Assembly (NCBI GenBank): GCA_963743495.1
Contig: CAVUPO010000003.1
Location: 259,738-323,737 of the forward strand
DNA length: 64,000 nt
Origin: an uncultured Actinomycetes bacterium
Lineage (GTDB): Bacteria; Actinomycetota; Thermoleophilia; Gaiellales; Gaiellaceae
Direction: 5' to 3'
Shown here: piece by piece, positions 18,437 to 28,439 of the stretch
Layout of the letters: every line of letters starts with the position of its first letter
Position numbering within the stretch: the first letter of the stretch is position 1
Notes under the pieces: generated by a model
What the model saw: the letters and a program-made list of their open reading frames with translations, nothing else
The model's database searches: none
Told to the model about the DNA's origin: nothing
Made by a program: the position numbers and the translations under genes

Positions 18437-19233
18437 TTAGACGCCTATCGGGTGCCAGACGGTCTTCAGCTCGAGGAAGGCGGCGGCGTGCCAGGGCGAC
18501 TGGCCCTCCCCGTTCGAGACGACGCGCTTGACGTTGTCGGCGGCGAGGCCCTCGAGTTCGGCGGCGTCGCCGTCGGCGCCTGCGAGGTCGACGGCGTTCA
18601 CGTCCATGTGCGCCACGAGCACCGGCGCGAGCTCGCGTTTACGGCCCGTGAGAAGGTTGACGACGCCGCCCGGGACGTCGGAGGTGGCGAGCACCTCGGC
18701 CAGCTCGACGGCGGCGAGGGGATGGTGCTCCGAGGCGAGGACGACGGCGACGTTCCCGCCGACGATCGCGGGCGCGAGGCGCGAGACGAGGCCCGAGCAG
18801 CGCGGGCTCCTCCGGCGCGACGAGGCCGACGACGCCGGTGGGCTCCGGCACGGTGAAGTTGAAGTACGGGCCGGCGACCGGGTTCGAGGCGCCGAGCACC
18901 TGCGCGAGCTTGTCGGCCCAGCCCGCGTACCAGACCCAGCGGTCGACGGCCGCGTCGACCTCGCCGGCGTCGCCGGTCAGCTCGGCGAACTCGGCCTTCG
19001 CTCCCCTCCATCATCTCCGCGACGCGGTAGAGAACTTGGCCCCGGTTGTAGGCCGTCATGCCCGCCCATGTCGGGAGGGCTCCGCGCGCGGCGCGAACGG
19101 CGTCGCGCACGTCCTTGCGGGACGCGAGCGCGACGTTCGCGCCCTCGACCTCGTAGGTGCGCCCCGACTCGGAGCGCGGGAACGCGCCGCCGACGTAGAG
19201 CTTGTAGGTCTTCCTGACGGGGAGCCGGCTCAC
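18437..19233 (-). pseudogene. Short aldehyde-dehydrogenase-superfamily protein (~265 aa) that appears to lack the catalytic domain; two apparent frameshifts (near 18995-19005 and 18788-18800)
   Basis: GTG overlaps the upstream ALDH stop (GTGA at 19230-19233). KTYKLYVGGAFPRSESGRTY, PTGVVGLVAP, GNVAVVLASEHHPLAAVELAEVL, PGGVVNLLTG, then directly the C-terminal FLELKTVWHPIGV-stop. No catalytic-Cys region. Confidence 0.6.
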
Positions 19234-20715
19234 CCGTCCAGCTCCAGGTACGGCGCGAGCCCGTGCAGGCCGCCCTCGCGGCCGAAGCCCGACTCCTTGT
19301 AGCCGCCGAAGGGCGAGGTCGGGTCGAAGCGGTTGAAGGTGTTCGCCCAGACGACGCCGGCGCGCAGGCGCTGCGCCATCCAGAGGATCCGCGAGCCCTT
19401 CTCCGTCCAGACGCCGGCCGAGAGGCCGTAGGGCGTGTTGTTCGCCTTCTCGACCGCCTCGTCGGGCGTGCGGAAGGTGAGCACGGAGAGCACCGGGCCG
19501 AAGATCTCCTCCTGCGCGATCCGGTAGCTCTGCGCGACGTTCGTGAAGACCGTCGGCGGGAACCAGTAGCCCTTCTCGGGCAGCCGGCACGGCGGCTGGT
19601 AGATCTCGGCGCCCTCCTCCTCGCCGCTCGGCGACGAGCTCCTCGATCCGCTCGAGCTGCTCGCTCGAGTTGATCGCGCCGACGTCGGTGTTCTTGTCGA
19701 GCGGGTCGCCGACGCGGAGGGTCCCCATGCGGCGCTTCAGCTTCTCGAGCAGCTGCTCGTAGATCGACTCCTGCACGAACAGGCGCGAGCCGGCGCAGCA
19801 GACGTGGCCCTGGTTGAAGTAGATGCCGTTGACGATCCCCTCGACCGCCTGGTCGAGCGGCGCGTCGTCGAAGATGATGTTCGCCGCCTTGCCGCCGAGC
19901 TCGAGCGTGAGCTTCTTGCCGCTGCCGGCGACCGCGCGCTGGATCGCCTTGCCGACCTCGGTCGAGCCCGTGAAGGCGATCTTGTCGACGCCGGGGTGCT
20001 CGACGAGCGCGGCGCCGGCGCGGCCGTCGCCGGTGACGATGTTGACGACGCCCGGCGGCAGCTCGGCCTGGCGGAGGACGTCGCAGAGGAGGAGCGCGGT
20101 CAGCGGCGTCGACTCGGCCGGCTTCAGCACGACGGTGTTCCCCGCGGCGAGCGCAGGCGCGACCTTCCAGGCCAGCATCAGCAGCGGGAAGTTCCAGGGG
20201 ATGATCTGCCCGGCGACCCCGATCGGGCGCGGCGTGCGGTTGGGGAAGGCGTACTCGAGCTTGTCGGCCCAGCCCGCGTAGTAGAAGAAGTGCGCCGCGG
20301 CGAGCGGCAGGTCGACGTCGCGCGACTCCTTGATCGGCTTGCCGCCGTCCAGCGACTCGAGCACGGCGAACTCCCGCGAGCGCTCCTGGAGGATGCGCGC
20401 GATCCGGAAGAGGTACTTGGCCCGCTCGCCCGGCGGCAGCTCCGACCAGCCGTTCGCGAACGCGTCGCGGGCCGCGCGGACGGCGAGGTCGACGTCCTCC
20501 GCGCCGGCCTGGGCGACCTCGGCGAGCGGCTCCTCGTCGCGGGGCGCCACGATCGGCGCGAACTCGGTCGAGCGCGGCTCGACCCACTCGCCGCCGACGA
20601 AGAGGCCGTAGCGCTCCTCGAGCCGGACGATGTCGCGCGACTCCGGCGCGGGCGCGTACTCGAACGCGGAGGGGACGACCGGCGAGCGCTCCTGGCGCTT
20701 TTCGACCTCAGCCAC
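19230..20715 (-). pseudogene. NAD(P)-dependent aldehyde dehydrogenase, one apparent frameshift near 19621-19632
   Basis: IIPWNFPLLM, VLKPAESTP, FTGSTEVG, ELGGKAA, FNQGHVCCAGSR. It continues in the frame of ORF 19230..19493 (EEIFGPVLSVLTF...GGYKESGFGREGG). Confidence 0.8.
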
Positions 20716-21013
20716 CTGGATACACCTCGTCGAGGGTCCTGGGCTCGAAGGCCTCGAGCAGGCCCTGCATGCGGTCGGTCGCCTCCCGGAAGGCGGCCGA
20801 TGCCCGGAAGCGCCCGACCGCCTCCGCGTCGGGCCAGGGCCCGAAGCTGACGAAGACGTTCGGCCGCTCGTGGTCGCGGAGGAGCGTCGGCGGCGAGGTC
20901 GGCAGCTCGGGATCGGCGGCGACACGCTCGACCAGCGCCTTCCAGGCGCCGACGAACTCGTCCTCGAGCCCGGGCTCGACGGTCCACGTTCCGTGTGTCC
21001 AGACGTCGGCCAT
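20708..21013 (-). CDS. Small ABM-like (antibiotic-biosynthesis-monooxygenase fold) protein, 101 aa
   Basis: MADVWTHGTWTVEPGLEDEFVGAWKALV...NVFVSFGPWPDAEAVGRFRAS. The ATG overlaps the deoC stop (TGATG at 21011-21015). Family call is by resemblance only. Confidence 0.5.
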   Translation of the reverse strand: MADVWTHGTWTVEPGLEDEFVGAWKALVERVAADPELPTSPPTLLRDHERPNVFVSFGPWPDAEAVGRFRASAAFREATDRMQGLLEAFEPRTLDEVYPGG

Positions 21014-21952
21014 CAGTCGACCGTGAAGTAGTCGTGGCTCTGGTAGCGGCCCGTCTTCTGCTTGCGGATCTGCATGAGCACGTCGTTCAGCAGCGAGGAG
21101 GCGCCGAAGCGGAAGAGGTCGGGCGTGAGCCACTCGGGCCCGAGGGTCTCGTGGAGGAGCACGAGGTACTGGACAGCCTGCTTGGCGTGGCGGATGCCGC
21201 CGGCCGGCTTCATGCCGACCTTCCTGCCCGTCTCCTCGTGGACGTCCCGGATCGCCTCGAGCATCACGAGCGTGACGGGCAGCGTCGCGGCGGGCTGGAT
21301 CTTGCCCGTGGACGTCTTGATGAAGTCGGCGCCGCCCGCGATCGCGAGCAGGCTCGCCCGGCGCACGTTGTCGTAGGTGCCGAGCTCCCCGGTCTCGAGG
21401 ATCACCTTCAGGTGCGCCCCGCCGCAGACCTCCTTGACGCGCCGCACCTCGTCGTAGACCTTCGCGTAGTGCCCGGAGAGGAAGGCGCCGCGGTCGATGA
21501 CCATGTCGATCTCGTCGGCGCCGCAGCTCGGCCACCCGCGCAACCTCGTCCACCTTCAGCTCCGTCGGCACCTGTCCCGAGGGGAAGGCGGTCGAGACCG
21601 AGGCGACCTTGACGCCGCTCCCGCGCACCTTCTCGAGCGCGTGCGGCACGAGGTTCGGGTAGACGCAGACTGCGGCGACGGGCGGCACCGTCAGGTCGGC
21701 CGGGTCCGGCCGCATCGCCTTCGAGCAGAGCGCGGCCACCTTGCCGGGCGTGTCGGCGCCCTCGAGCGTCGTCAGGTCCATCATCCGCACGGCGAGCTCG
21801 AGCGCGAAGAGCTTCGACTCGCGCTTGATCGACCGGGTCGCGAGCGCGGCGGCGCGCTGCTCGGCCGCCACCTGGTCGACGGAGCCGATGCGCGGGAGCC
21901 GGGGCTCGAGGGGCAGCTCGAAGCCGCTCGGCAGGGCGGGCGCCTGAGCCAT
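21013..21952 (-). pseudogene. deoC: Deoxyribose-phosphate aldolase, one apparent frameshift near 21520-21530
   Basis: The N-terminal MMDLTTLEGADTPGKV...VAAVCVYP...ASVSTAFPSG continues in another frame as GADEIDMVIDRG...LKVILETGEL...GADFIKTSTGK...KPAGGIR. Confidence 0.85.
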
Positions 21953-21986
21953 GGCAGGAAGTGTAGCCCTCGCGTAGTCTCGTCCC

Positions 21987-22659
21987 GTGGCGCCGCTCGC
22001 CTTCGCAGCCGGCTTCGCCCAGGGTGCGAACATCCTCCGCGAGGCGGGGAACCGCCTCGTCGGCATCCCCGAGCTGGCCGGCAGCCTGGCGGGCTCCCGG
22101 CGCCCGAAGAAGCTGCGCGTCCGGGTCGTCATCCTCCGCGACGAGCAGGGGAAGCCCGTCGCGACCCCGGGGGACGTGGAGCCGAGCCTGGAGGAGGCTC
22201 GGAGGGTGCTCCGCGGAGACGCTCGTCGTCGACCTCCTCCCCGCCGCCGAGCCGGCCGTGCGCACGATCGACGAGCCCGCGCCGCCGACGGCGCTCGACT
22301 CGCCGTGCGCGGAGGGCTCCTACCGCGCGGACTTCGGCACCGGCGGTGCGTTCTTCCGCCACCACCGCGACCGGGGCGGGCTCACCGGCGCGGGCGCGCC
22401 GATCACGGTCTTCGTCGTCAGGGACGTCCTCGGCAAGGCCGGCTGCTCACTCGGCCCGCTCGTCGACTACGTCACGGTGGACATGACGGCGCTCACGGGC
22501 AGGCGCCTCCGCGTCCTCGCCCACGAGCTGGGCCACGCCTGCGGACTTCCCCACTCGGCCTCGCCCGAGAACCTGATGCTGCCCAGCCGCATGGGCGACC
22601 GGCTGCAGCCGTGGCAGGTCGCGGTCTTCCGCAGCTCGCGGCACGTCACCTACCACTGA
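21987..22659 (+). pseudogene. Small zinc metalloprotease-like protein with HExxHxxGxxH (metzincin-type) motif; one apparent frameshift near 22212-22220
   Basis: HELGHACGLPH followed by ENLMLPS. The N-terminal part is in the frame of ORF 21987.. and the C-terminal part in the frame of ORF 22024..22659. Divergent from deoC with a 34-bp spacer. Confidence 0.6.
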
Positions 22660-22702
22660 ATCGACCCTCAGGTCGGGGCGGCCTCGTGCCGATGGATCCC
22701 GC

Positions 22703-22804
22703 ATGAAGCGCACGATGAGCACGAAGGCCGCCGTCGTCGGCCTCGCGGCCTCGCTCGCCGGGTTGGCGGTCGCGTCGGTCGCCTACTTCGGCCCGACCCG
22801 CTAG
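22703..22804 (+). CDS. Possible 33-aa hydrophobic small protein
   Basis: ATG..TAG ORF MKRTMSTKAAVVGLAASLAGLAVASVAYFGPTR. Every third codon position is G/C. It is too short for the supplied ORF track. Confidence 0.3.
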   Translation: MKRTMSTKAAVVGLAASLAGLAVASVAYFGPTR

Positions 22805-22807
22805 GCC

Positions 22808-23545
22808 TCAGAGCACCTGGGCGAGGAACTGCCGCGTCCGCTCGTGACGGGGCTCGGCGAAGATCGCCCTCGGCTCGCCCTCCTCGACGATCCGGCCGTC
22901 GTCCATGAACAGGAGCCGCGTCCCCACCTCGCGCGCGAAGCCCATCTCGTGGGTGACGATCACCATCGTCATCCCCTCCGAGGCGAGCCGCTGCATGACG
23001 TCGAGCACCTCCTTGACGAGCTCCGGGTCGAGCGCCGACGTGACCTCGTCGAAGAGCATCAGCTTCGGCCGCATCGCCAGGGCGCGCGCGATGGCGACGC
23101 GCTGCTGCTGACCGCCGGAGAGCTGGGCCGGGTAGGAGTCGGCCTTGTCCGCGAGGCCGACCTCGCGGAGCTGCTCGGCCGCCCGGTCGTGCGCCTCGCT
23201 CCTCGAGAGCCCGAGCACGTTCCGCAGGGCGAGCGTGATGTTCCCGAGCACGGTCTTGTGCGGGAAGAGGTTGAACTGCTGGAAGACGATCCCGATGCTC
23301 GTGCGCGCCACGTTCAGGTTCGTCTTGATGCTCGTCAGGTCGACGCCGTCGACGAGGACGCGCCCCTCGGTCGGCTCTTCGAGCAGGTTGACGGTCCGCA
23401 GCAGCGTCGACTTCCCCGAGCCGGAGGGCCCGATGACGACGACGACCTCGCCCGGCGAGATCGCGAGGTCGATTCCACGCAGCACGTAGAGGTCGCCGAA
23501 CCACTTGTGGATCCCCTCGAGCCTGACGATCGGCTCCGGCGCCAT
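22808..23545 (-). CDS. Polar amino acid ABC transporter ATP-binding protein (GlnQ/HisP type)
   Basis: [47 protein letters not shown]. The ATG overlaps the permease stop (ATGA). Confidence 0.9.
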   Translation of the reverse strand: MAPEPIVRLEGIHKWFGDLYVLRGIDLAISPGEVVVVIGPSGSGKSTLLRTVNLLEEPTEGRVLVDGVDLTSIKTNLNVARTSIGIVFQQFNLFPHKTVLGNITLALRNVLGLSRSEAHDRAAEQLREVGLADKADSYPAQLSGGQQQRVAIARALAMRPKLMLFDEVTSALDPELVKEVLDVMQRLASEGMTMVIVTHEMGFAREVGTRLLFMDDGRIVEEGEPRAIFAEPRHERTRQFLAQVL

Positions 23546-24648
23546 CAGGCGCCGATCCCGGTGAGCCCGCTCCGGAGCCGTCGCTCGAGCCGGTTGACCA
23601 GCCAGATCATCGGCAGCGTGATCGCCAGGTAGCCCGCTGCGGCGGCGAGGAAGGGCGTCGCGTTGAAGGTCTGCGCGTAGATGTCCCGCGCCGTCGAGAG
23701 GAGCTCTTGCTGCGAGAGGGTCAGGCCGAGCACGACCACGAGCGACGTGTCCTTCACGAGGATCACGAACTCGTTGGTGAGCGGGGGGATGACCCGGCGG
23801 AAGGCCTGCGGCAGGACCACCAGCCGGAGCGCCTTCAGATAGCTCATCCCCAGCGAGCGGGCCGCCTCGATCTGCCCCCGCTCGATCGACTGGATGCCCG
23901 CGCGGAAGATCTCCGCCGAGTAGGCGCCGGCGTTCAGCCCGAAGACGGCGATCGCCACCGTGTAGACGCCGACGTTCAGCTGCAGCCCGAGCACGATCCC
24001 GAAGAAGAAGAAGCTGAGCTGCCAGAGCATCGGCGTCCCGCGGAAGAAGTTGATGTAGATGCGGGCCGGCGCCCGGACCACCGCCCGGTTCGAGAGCGCG
24101 AAGACCGCGAAGAGCAGCCCGAGCGCGATGCCGATCAGCTCGCCGCTCAGCGCGAGGATCACCGTGTTCACGGCCGCGCGCAGGAAACGTCCCGGGAACT
24201 CCCCGAGGAGGGCAAAGTCGAAGAACTGGCGGGCGAAGCGCTCCACGTCGCCGTTTCGGAACCAGAGGAGGAAGCTCGCGAGCACGATCGCCTGGAGGCC
24301 GAGCACCGCTCCGGAGATCGAGCCCTCCCGGGCCACCTTGGTCAGCGCCCGGCGCGCGCCGACGAGCCCGATGAGGGCCGCGCCCGCGCCGAGCGCGATC
24401 GCCAGCAGGAGCACCGCAAGCTCCGCGCCGCTCGTGATCGCGGCGGCGAGACTGGTCGTCGGCGTCCAGCCGTACGCGGTCGCGATCGCCACCGAGCCGG
24501 CGAAGATCAGCGCGAGGGCTCCGCCTCCGGCCGCCAGAGCGAGCAGGGAGAGCGGAGTCTGCTCGCGAGCCGTGCGGCGGAAGCCCCGGTCGGGGGCCTG
24601 CCGGTCGTCGTCGGCGGGTGGCCCGGCTGCCGACACGCCCTGGGTCAT
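23545..24648 (-). CDS. Polar amino acid ABC transporter permease (His/Glu/Gln/Arg family) with extended N-terminal membrane region
   Basis: [52 protein letters not shown]. The start at 24648 is preceded by GGAGG; an alternative ATG is at 24663. Confidence 0.85.
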   Translation of the reverse strand: MTQGVSAAGPPADDDRQAPDRGFRRTAREQTPLSLLALAAGGGALALIFAGSVAIATAYGWTPTTSLAAAITSGAELAVLLLAIALGAGAALIGLVGARRALTKVAREGSISGAVLGLQAIVLASFLLWFRNGDVERFARQFFDFALLGEFPGRFLRAAVNTVILALSGELIGIALGLLFAVFALSNRAVVRAPARIYINFFRGTPMLWQLSFFFFGIVLGLQLNVGVYTVAIAVFGLNAGAYSAEIFRAGIQSIERGQIEAARSLGMSYLKALRLVVLPQAFRRVIPPLTNEFVILVKDTSLVVVLGLTLSQQELLSTARDIYAQTFNATPFLAAAAGYLAITLPMIWLVNRLERRLRSGLTGIGA

Positions 24649-24674
24649 GGTCGAAACCTCCATGCGGTCGGGTG

Positions 24675-24701
24675 GGAGAGCCCGCGAGTCGCGGGCTCTC
24701 C
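24675..24701 (-). promoter_or_regulatory. 27-nt palindromic stem-loop between the binding-protein gene and the permease gene
   Basis: GGAGAGCCCGCGA-G-TCGCGGGCTCTCC: 13-bp arms around a single central base. Confidence 0.45.
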
Positions 24702-24719
24702 AAGGTTTGGTTCTACAGC

Positions 24720-25598
24720 CTACGACGACTCGGCGATGTTGCCGCCGGGGGGCAGATCCGGATAGTTGGCATAGATCTGCGCGTAGGTGCCGTCCGCAAT
24801 CATCTCCCCGAGGACGGCGTTGACGGCTTCGAGGAGCGACGGGTTCTCGGGATTGACCGGGAACCCGTACCTCTCCCCGGTGTCGATCGTCGTCGCGACC
24901 TCGAGACCGGACCGGTTCGCGATCTCGGCCAGCGCAGTCGGCTCGTCGTTGATGACCCCGGTGACGTTCCCGGCCTCGAGCGCCGTGAAGCCGTCCGGCG
25001 ACTCCGGAAACGACCTGATGTCGACTCCGTCGGGCACGTTCTCCCGCGCCCACATCTCGCCCGTCGTCCCCTGCTGCACGGCGAGGACGTCGCCCGAGCT
25101 CAGGTCGTCGACCGACGTGATGTCCGGAGTCTCGCCCGTGTTGACGGTCAGGGCCTGCTGGGAGAGGTAGTAGGGATCCGAGAAGTTCACGATCTCCTCG
25201 CGCTCGTCGGTGATCGTCGTCGCGGACGCGACCGCGTCGAACCGCCCTCCGGCCAGCTGGGTGAAGATCGTGTCGAAGCTCGTGTCGACCCACTTCACGT
25301 CCGAGAGGCCGAGGCGGTTGGCGATCTCCTCCATGAGCTCGACGTCGAAGCCGGTGAGCTCGTCTCCCTCACGAAACTCGAAGGGCGGGTAGGGGATGTC
25401 GGAGCCCACGGTCAGGACACCCTCCTCGACGGTGGAGAACTCGGGCAGCATCGCCTCCTCCGTCACCGTTCCGGTGTCCACCGCCTCGGTGATGTCGGTC
25501 TCCGCGGCTCCCTCGTTGTCGTCGTCGCCTCCGCAGCCTGCGGCCAGAACCAGCGCCACGAGCACCGCGAGCAGCAACGACCAGTTACGGACGGACAT
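24720..25598 (-). CDS. Polar amino acid ABC transporter substrate-binding lipoprotein
   Basis: Lipobox LVLAAGCGGDDDNEG. SBP family 3 features (GSDIPYPPFEF, GFDVELMEEIA, FDAVASATTIT). Confidence 0.85.
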   Translation of the reverse strand: MSVRNWSLLLAVLVALVLAAGCGGDDDNEGAAETDITEAVDTGTVTEEAMLPEFSTVEEGVLTVGSDIPYPPFEFREGDELTGFDVELMEEIANRLGLSDVKWVDTSFDTIFTQLAGGRFDAVASATTITDEREEIVNFSDPYYLSQQALTVNTGETPDITSVDDLSSGDVLAVQQGTTGEMWARENVPDGVDIRSFPESPDGFTALEAGNVTGVINDEPTALAEIANRSGLEVATTIDTGERYGFPVNPENPSLLEAVNAVLGEMIADGTYAQIYANYPDLPPGGNIAESS

Positions 25599-25676
25599 GG
25601 CTCAGCCTCCTTCCGGTACCGCAGGATTGCATATGAGGCCCTCTCCGACCGGAAGGATGTGTAAACCGGGGAGCGG

Positions 25677-27182
25677 CTAGGCGACGACGAGCTCGTCCAG
25701 GAGCGGACCCGTGTCGAGCGGGTCGAAGCCGATGCGGTCGGCGATCTCCTCGCTCGTCGGCAGCGTCCCCTCCGCGAAGAGCCCCCGTAGGAGCTCGCCG
25801 GTCTCCTCCCGGCGCCACCACTCCTCGCCGATCGTGGCGCGCAGGTGCGAGCGGAGCTGCGCAGTCCGGATCCAGGCGCGCAGGTAGTCGGCCGAGTAGA
25901 AGTCGGCGTCCATGTCGGCCAGGTAGCCGTCCGCCCGATAGCGGAAGCCGACCGCGGCGCGCAGGTTGTCCTCGTACGTCTTCGCGTAGTCGTTCGCGTT
26001 CGCGAAGTCGCCCCAGAACTCGAGCTCGTACGCGAGCTTGGCGGCGTAGCGCCGGAAGAGGAGCACCTCCAAGAAGCGGGCGGACTCGGCCCGCTCCGCC
26101 GCCTCGGACGCGGTGACGCCGAAGTGGAGCTCGTGCCAGGCGGGCTCGCGGGTGATCGACTCGATCAGGAACGAGTAGATCTCCGTGAGCGCGTGGTCGC
26201 GCGAGAGCCGGCGGAACGTGTACGGGAGCTCCGGGTCGAGCCCCGCGTAGTGGAGGGCGTGCCCCGCCTCGTGCAGGAACGCCTGGTAGTCGTGCAGGCC
26301 GCCCTGCGCGCGCGTGATCAGATGGACGACGGTCGGCGGGTCGGAGGCGATCACGCAGGCGCGCGGGCTCTTCTGCGGCCGGTCGTCGAGGTCGAGCCTG
26401 ATGTTCTCGTTGGCGGCGAGGTCGAAGCCGAGGCTCGCGAGCGTCGCCAGGCAGACGGGCACGCAGCGGTCCTTCGGGTAGAGGGCGGCGAAGGGGGTCA
26501 TCCGGCGGAGGAAGGCGACGTGGTACGAGGCGGGCTCAGCCTCGCGCCCGCCGCCGAGGAGCCGGTCGAGCCATTCCTCGCGGATCGCCTGCCAGGCCTC
26601 GTCCTGGCGGCGCGACGCCTGCCAGAGGGCCTCGGAGAGAGCGTGCAGGTCGATGTTCTTCCGAAAGGCGCTGCGCGCCACCGGGTCGGGCTCCCCGGAA
26701 AGCTCGGCGTCGAGCGCCTCGGCCTTCTCCATCAGCCCGTAGCGGGGGCAGTTGAAGCGCGCGGAGGCGGCGGCGGCGAAATCCCCGAGCTCGTCGCGCG
26801 CCGCGTAGTCGTCGAGGAGGGCGAGCTTCGCCTGGGCGGAGCGGAGCGGCAACGTCTCGCCGGCGAACTCGACGCGCTCGGCGAGGATGGCGTTCTCGAG
26901 CCGGTCCGACTCGTCGGCCAACTCCCGGACGATCACGCCGCCGGCGGCGGCCTCGCGGAGGCGGTACAGACGCTCGCGCTGCTCGCCGCGGGCCTCCGCC
27001 TCGGCCTCGCGGAGCGCCTCGTGCTGCTCGCGCGTGAAGAGGTCCTCGTAGCGCGCGACGATCGCGGCCTGCTCGCTCGTCTCCTTCTCGCCCACGCGGA
27101 CGGCGCGGCTTTCCTCGGAGCGCTCGTAGAGAAAGCGCGCCAGCCCCGCCTCGAAGCCGTCCGGTGTCCTGACTCTCGCCAT
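25677..27182 (-). CDS. M3-like zinc metallopeptidase (oligoendopeptidase-F-like), 501 aa
   Basis: HEAGHALH zinc motif with a downstream glutamate (LTEIYSFLIE). Family is assigned by resemblance. It starts 18 nt after the era stop. Confidence 0.6.
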   Translation of the reverse strand: MARVRTPDGFEAGLARFLYERSEESRAVRVGEKETSEQAAIVARYEDLFTREQHEALREAEAEARGEQRERLYRLREAAAGGVIVRELADESDRLENAILAERVEFAGETLPLRSAQAKLALLDDYAARDELGDFAAAASARFNCPRYGLMEKAEALDAELSGEPDPVARSAFRKNIDLHALSEALWQASRRQDEAWQAIREEWLDRLLGGGREAEPASYHVAFLRRMTPFAALYPKDRCVPVCLATLASLGFDLAANENIRLDLDDRPQKSPRACVIASDPPTVVHLITRAQGGLHDYQAFLHEAGHALHYAGLDPELPYTFRRLSRDHALTEIYSFLIESITREPAWHELHFGVTASEAAERAESARFLEVLLFRRYAAKLAYELEFWGDFANANDYAKTYEDNLRAAVGFRYRADGYLADMDADFYSADYLRAWIRTAQLRSHLRATIGEEWWRREETGELLRGLFAEGTLPTSEEIADRIGFDPLDTGPLLDELVVA

Positions 27183-27200
27183 ACCTGCGCCCCCACGTGG

Positions 27201-28080
27201 TTAGATGCCGAGCCGTTCGAGCGCCCCCTCGTCCCGGCGCCACCTCGGCCTCACCTTCACGCGGAGTTCGAGGTAGACGGGACGGCCCAGGAGCGCTTCG
27301 ACCTCCGGCCTGGCACGCGTGCCGATGGTTCGGATCATACCCCCGCCCTTCCCGACCACGATCCCCTTCTGGGACTCGGTCTCGACCCAGACGCGGGCGC
27401 TCACGCGGCCCGCCTCGGCGTCCAGCTCCTCGATGTCGACCGAGATCGCGTGGGGCACCTCCTCGCGGGTCAGCTGGAGCGCCTTCTCGCGCACGACCTC
27501 GGCGATCTGCGCCTCCAGGGGCAAGTCGGTCCGCTGCGTCTCCTCGAAGTACCTCGGGCCAGCGGGCAGGACCGCGGCCAGGTCGACGCGGAGCGGCTCG
27601 AGCCCGTCCGTGGTGAGCGCGCTCACCGGGTGGAGCGCGTGGAAGTCGCCGAGCGCCGCGGCGTGGGCGATCTGCGCGGCGATCCGATCCGGCGGCACGC
27701 GGTCGACCTTGTTCAGGGCGAGGACGACCGGCGGGCCCGCCGCGTAGACGCGCTCGGCGATGAAGCGGTCGCCGGCGCCGATCGCCTCGTCGGCTGCGAG
27801 GACGAAGAGAAAGGCGTCCACCTCCCGCAGCGCCTCGTCGACGGTCCGCTGCATCCGCTCCGTGAGCGGGTCACGCGGACGCTGGAACCCGGGCAGGTCG
27901 ACGAGGACGAGCTGGTGGGGCTCCCCGTCCAGCTCACCGTTCACGACCGCGGAGATGCGCCGCCTTGTCGTCTGCGGGCTTGTCCGAGACGATCGCCACT
28001 TTGCTGCCGGCGAGGGCGTTCACCAGGGTCGACTTGCCGACGTTCGGGCGCCCCGCAACGGCGACGAAGCCCGACCTCAC
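27201..28080 (-). pseudogene. era: GTPase Era, one apparent frameshift near 27975-27980
   Basis: [25 protein letters not shown] is in one frame. ([10 protein letters not shown])NGE...LVDLPG..LNKVD..KH domain VVGKGGGMIRTIG is in another. The GTG overlaps the cdd stop (GTGA). Confidence 0.85.
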
Positions 28081-28439
28081 AGGACGAACGAGTCGGGCAG
28101 CAGCTCGTCCGGCCGACGGGTCAGCACCTCGCCCTCGTGCAGGAAGACGACGCGGTCGACCTTGAACTCCGCGAGCCACTGTCGGCAGCCGCCGCACGGC
28201 GAGGCGGTGATGGCCACCGCCTCGACGTCCCCGGGCCCGGCGCCCTCGGCGGCGGCGCGGGCGAGCGCGCAGCGCTCGGCGCAGACGCCGAGCGGGTAGG
28301 CGGCGTTCTCGACGTTCACGCCGGTGACGACGCTCCCCTCGCGCAGGAGCGCGGCCGCGCCGACGTGGAAGTTCGAGTAGGGCGCGTAGGCGTTTGCGGC
28401 GGCCGCCTGGGCCCGCTCGAGGAGCTCATGGTCGGTCAT
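28077..28439 (-). CDS. cdd: Cytidine deaminase
   Basis: [25 protein letters not shown]. Confidence 0.9.
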   Translation of the reverse strand: MTDHELLERAQAAAANAYAPYSNFHVGAAALLREGSVVTGVNVENAAYPLGVCAERCALARAAAEGAGPGDVEAVAITASPCGGCRQWLAEFKVDRVVFLHEGEVLTRRPDELLPDSFVL

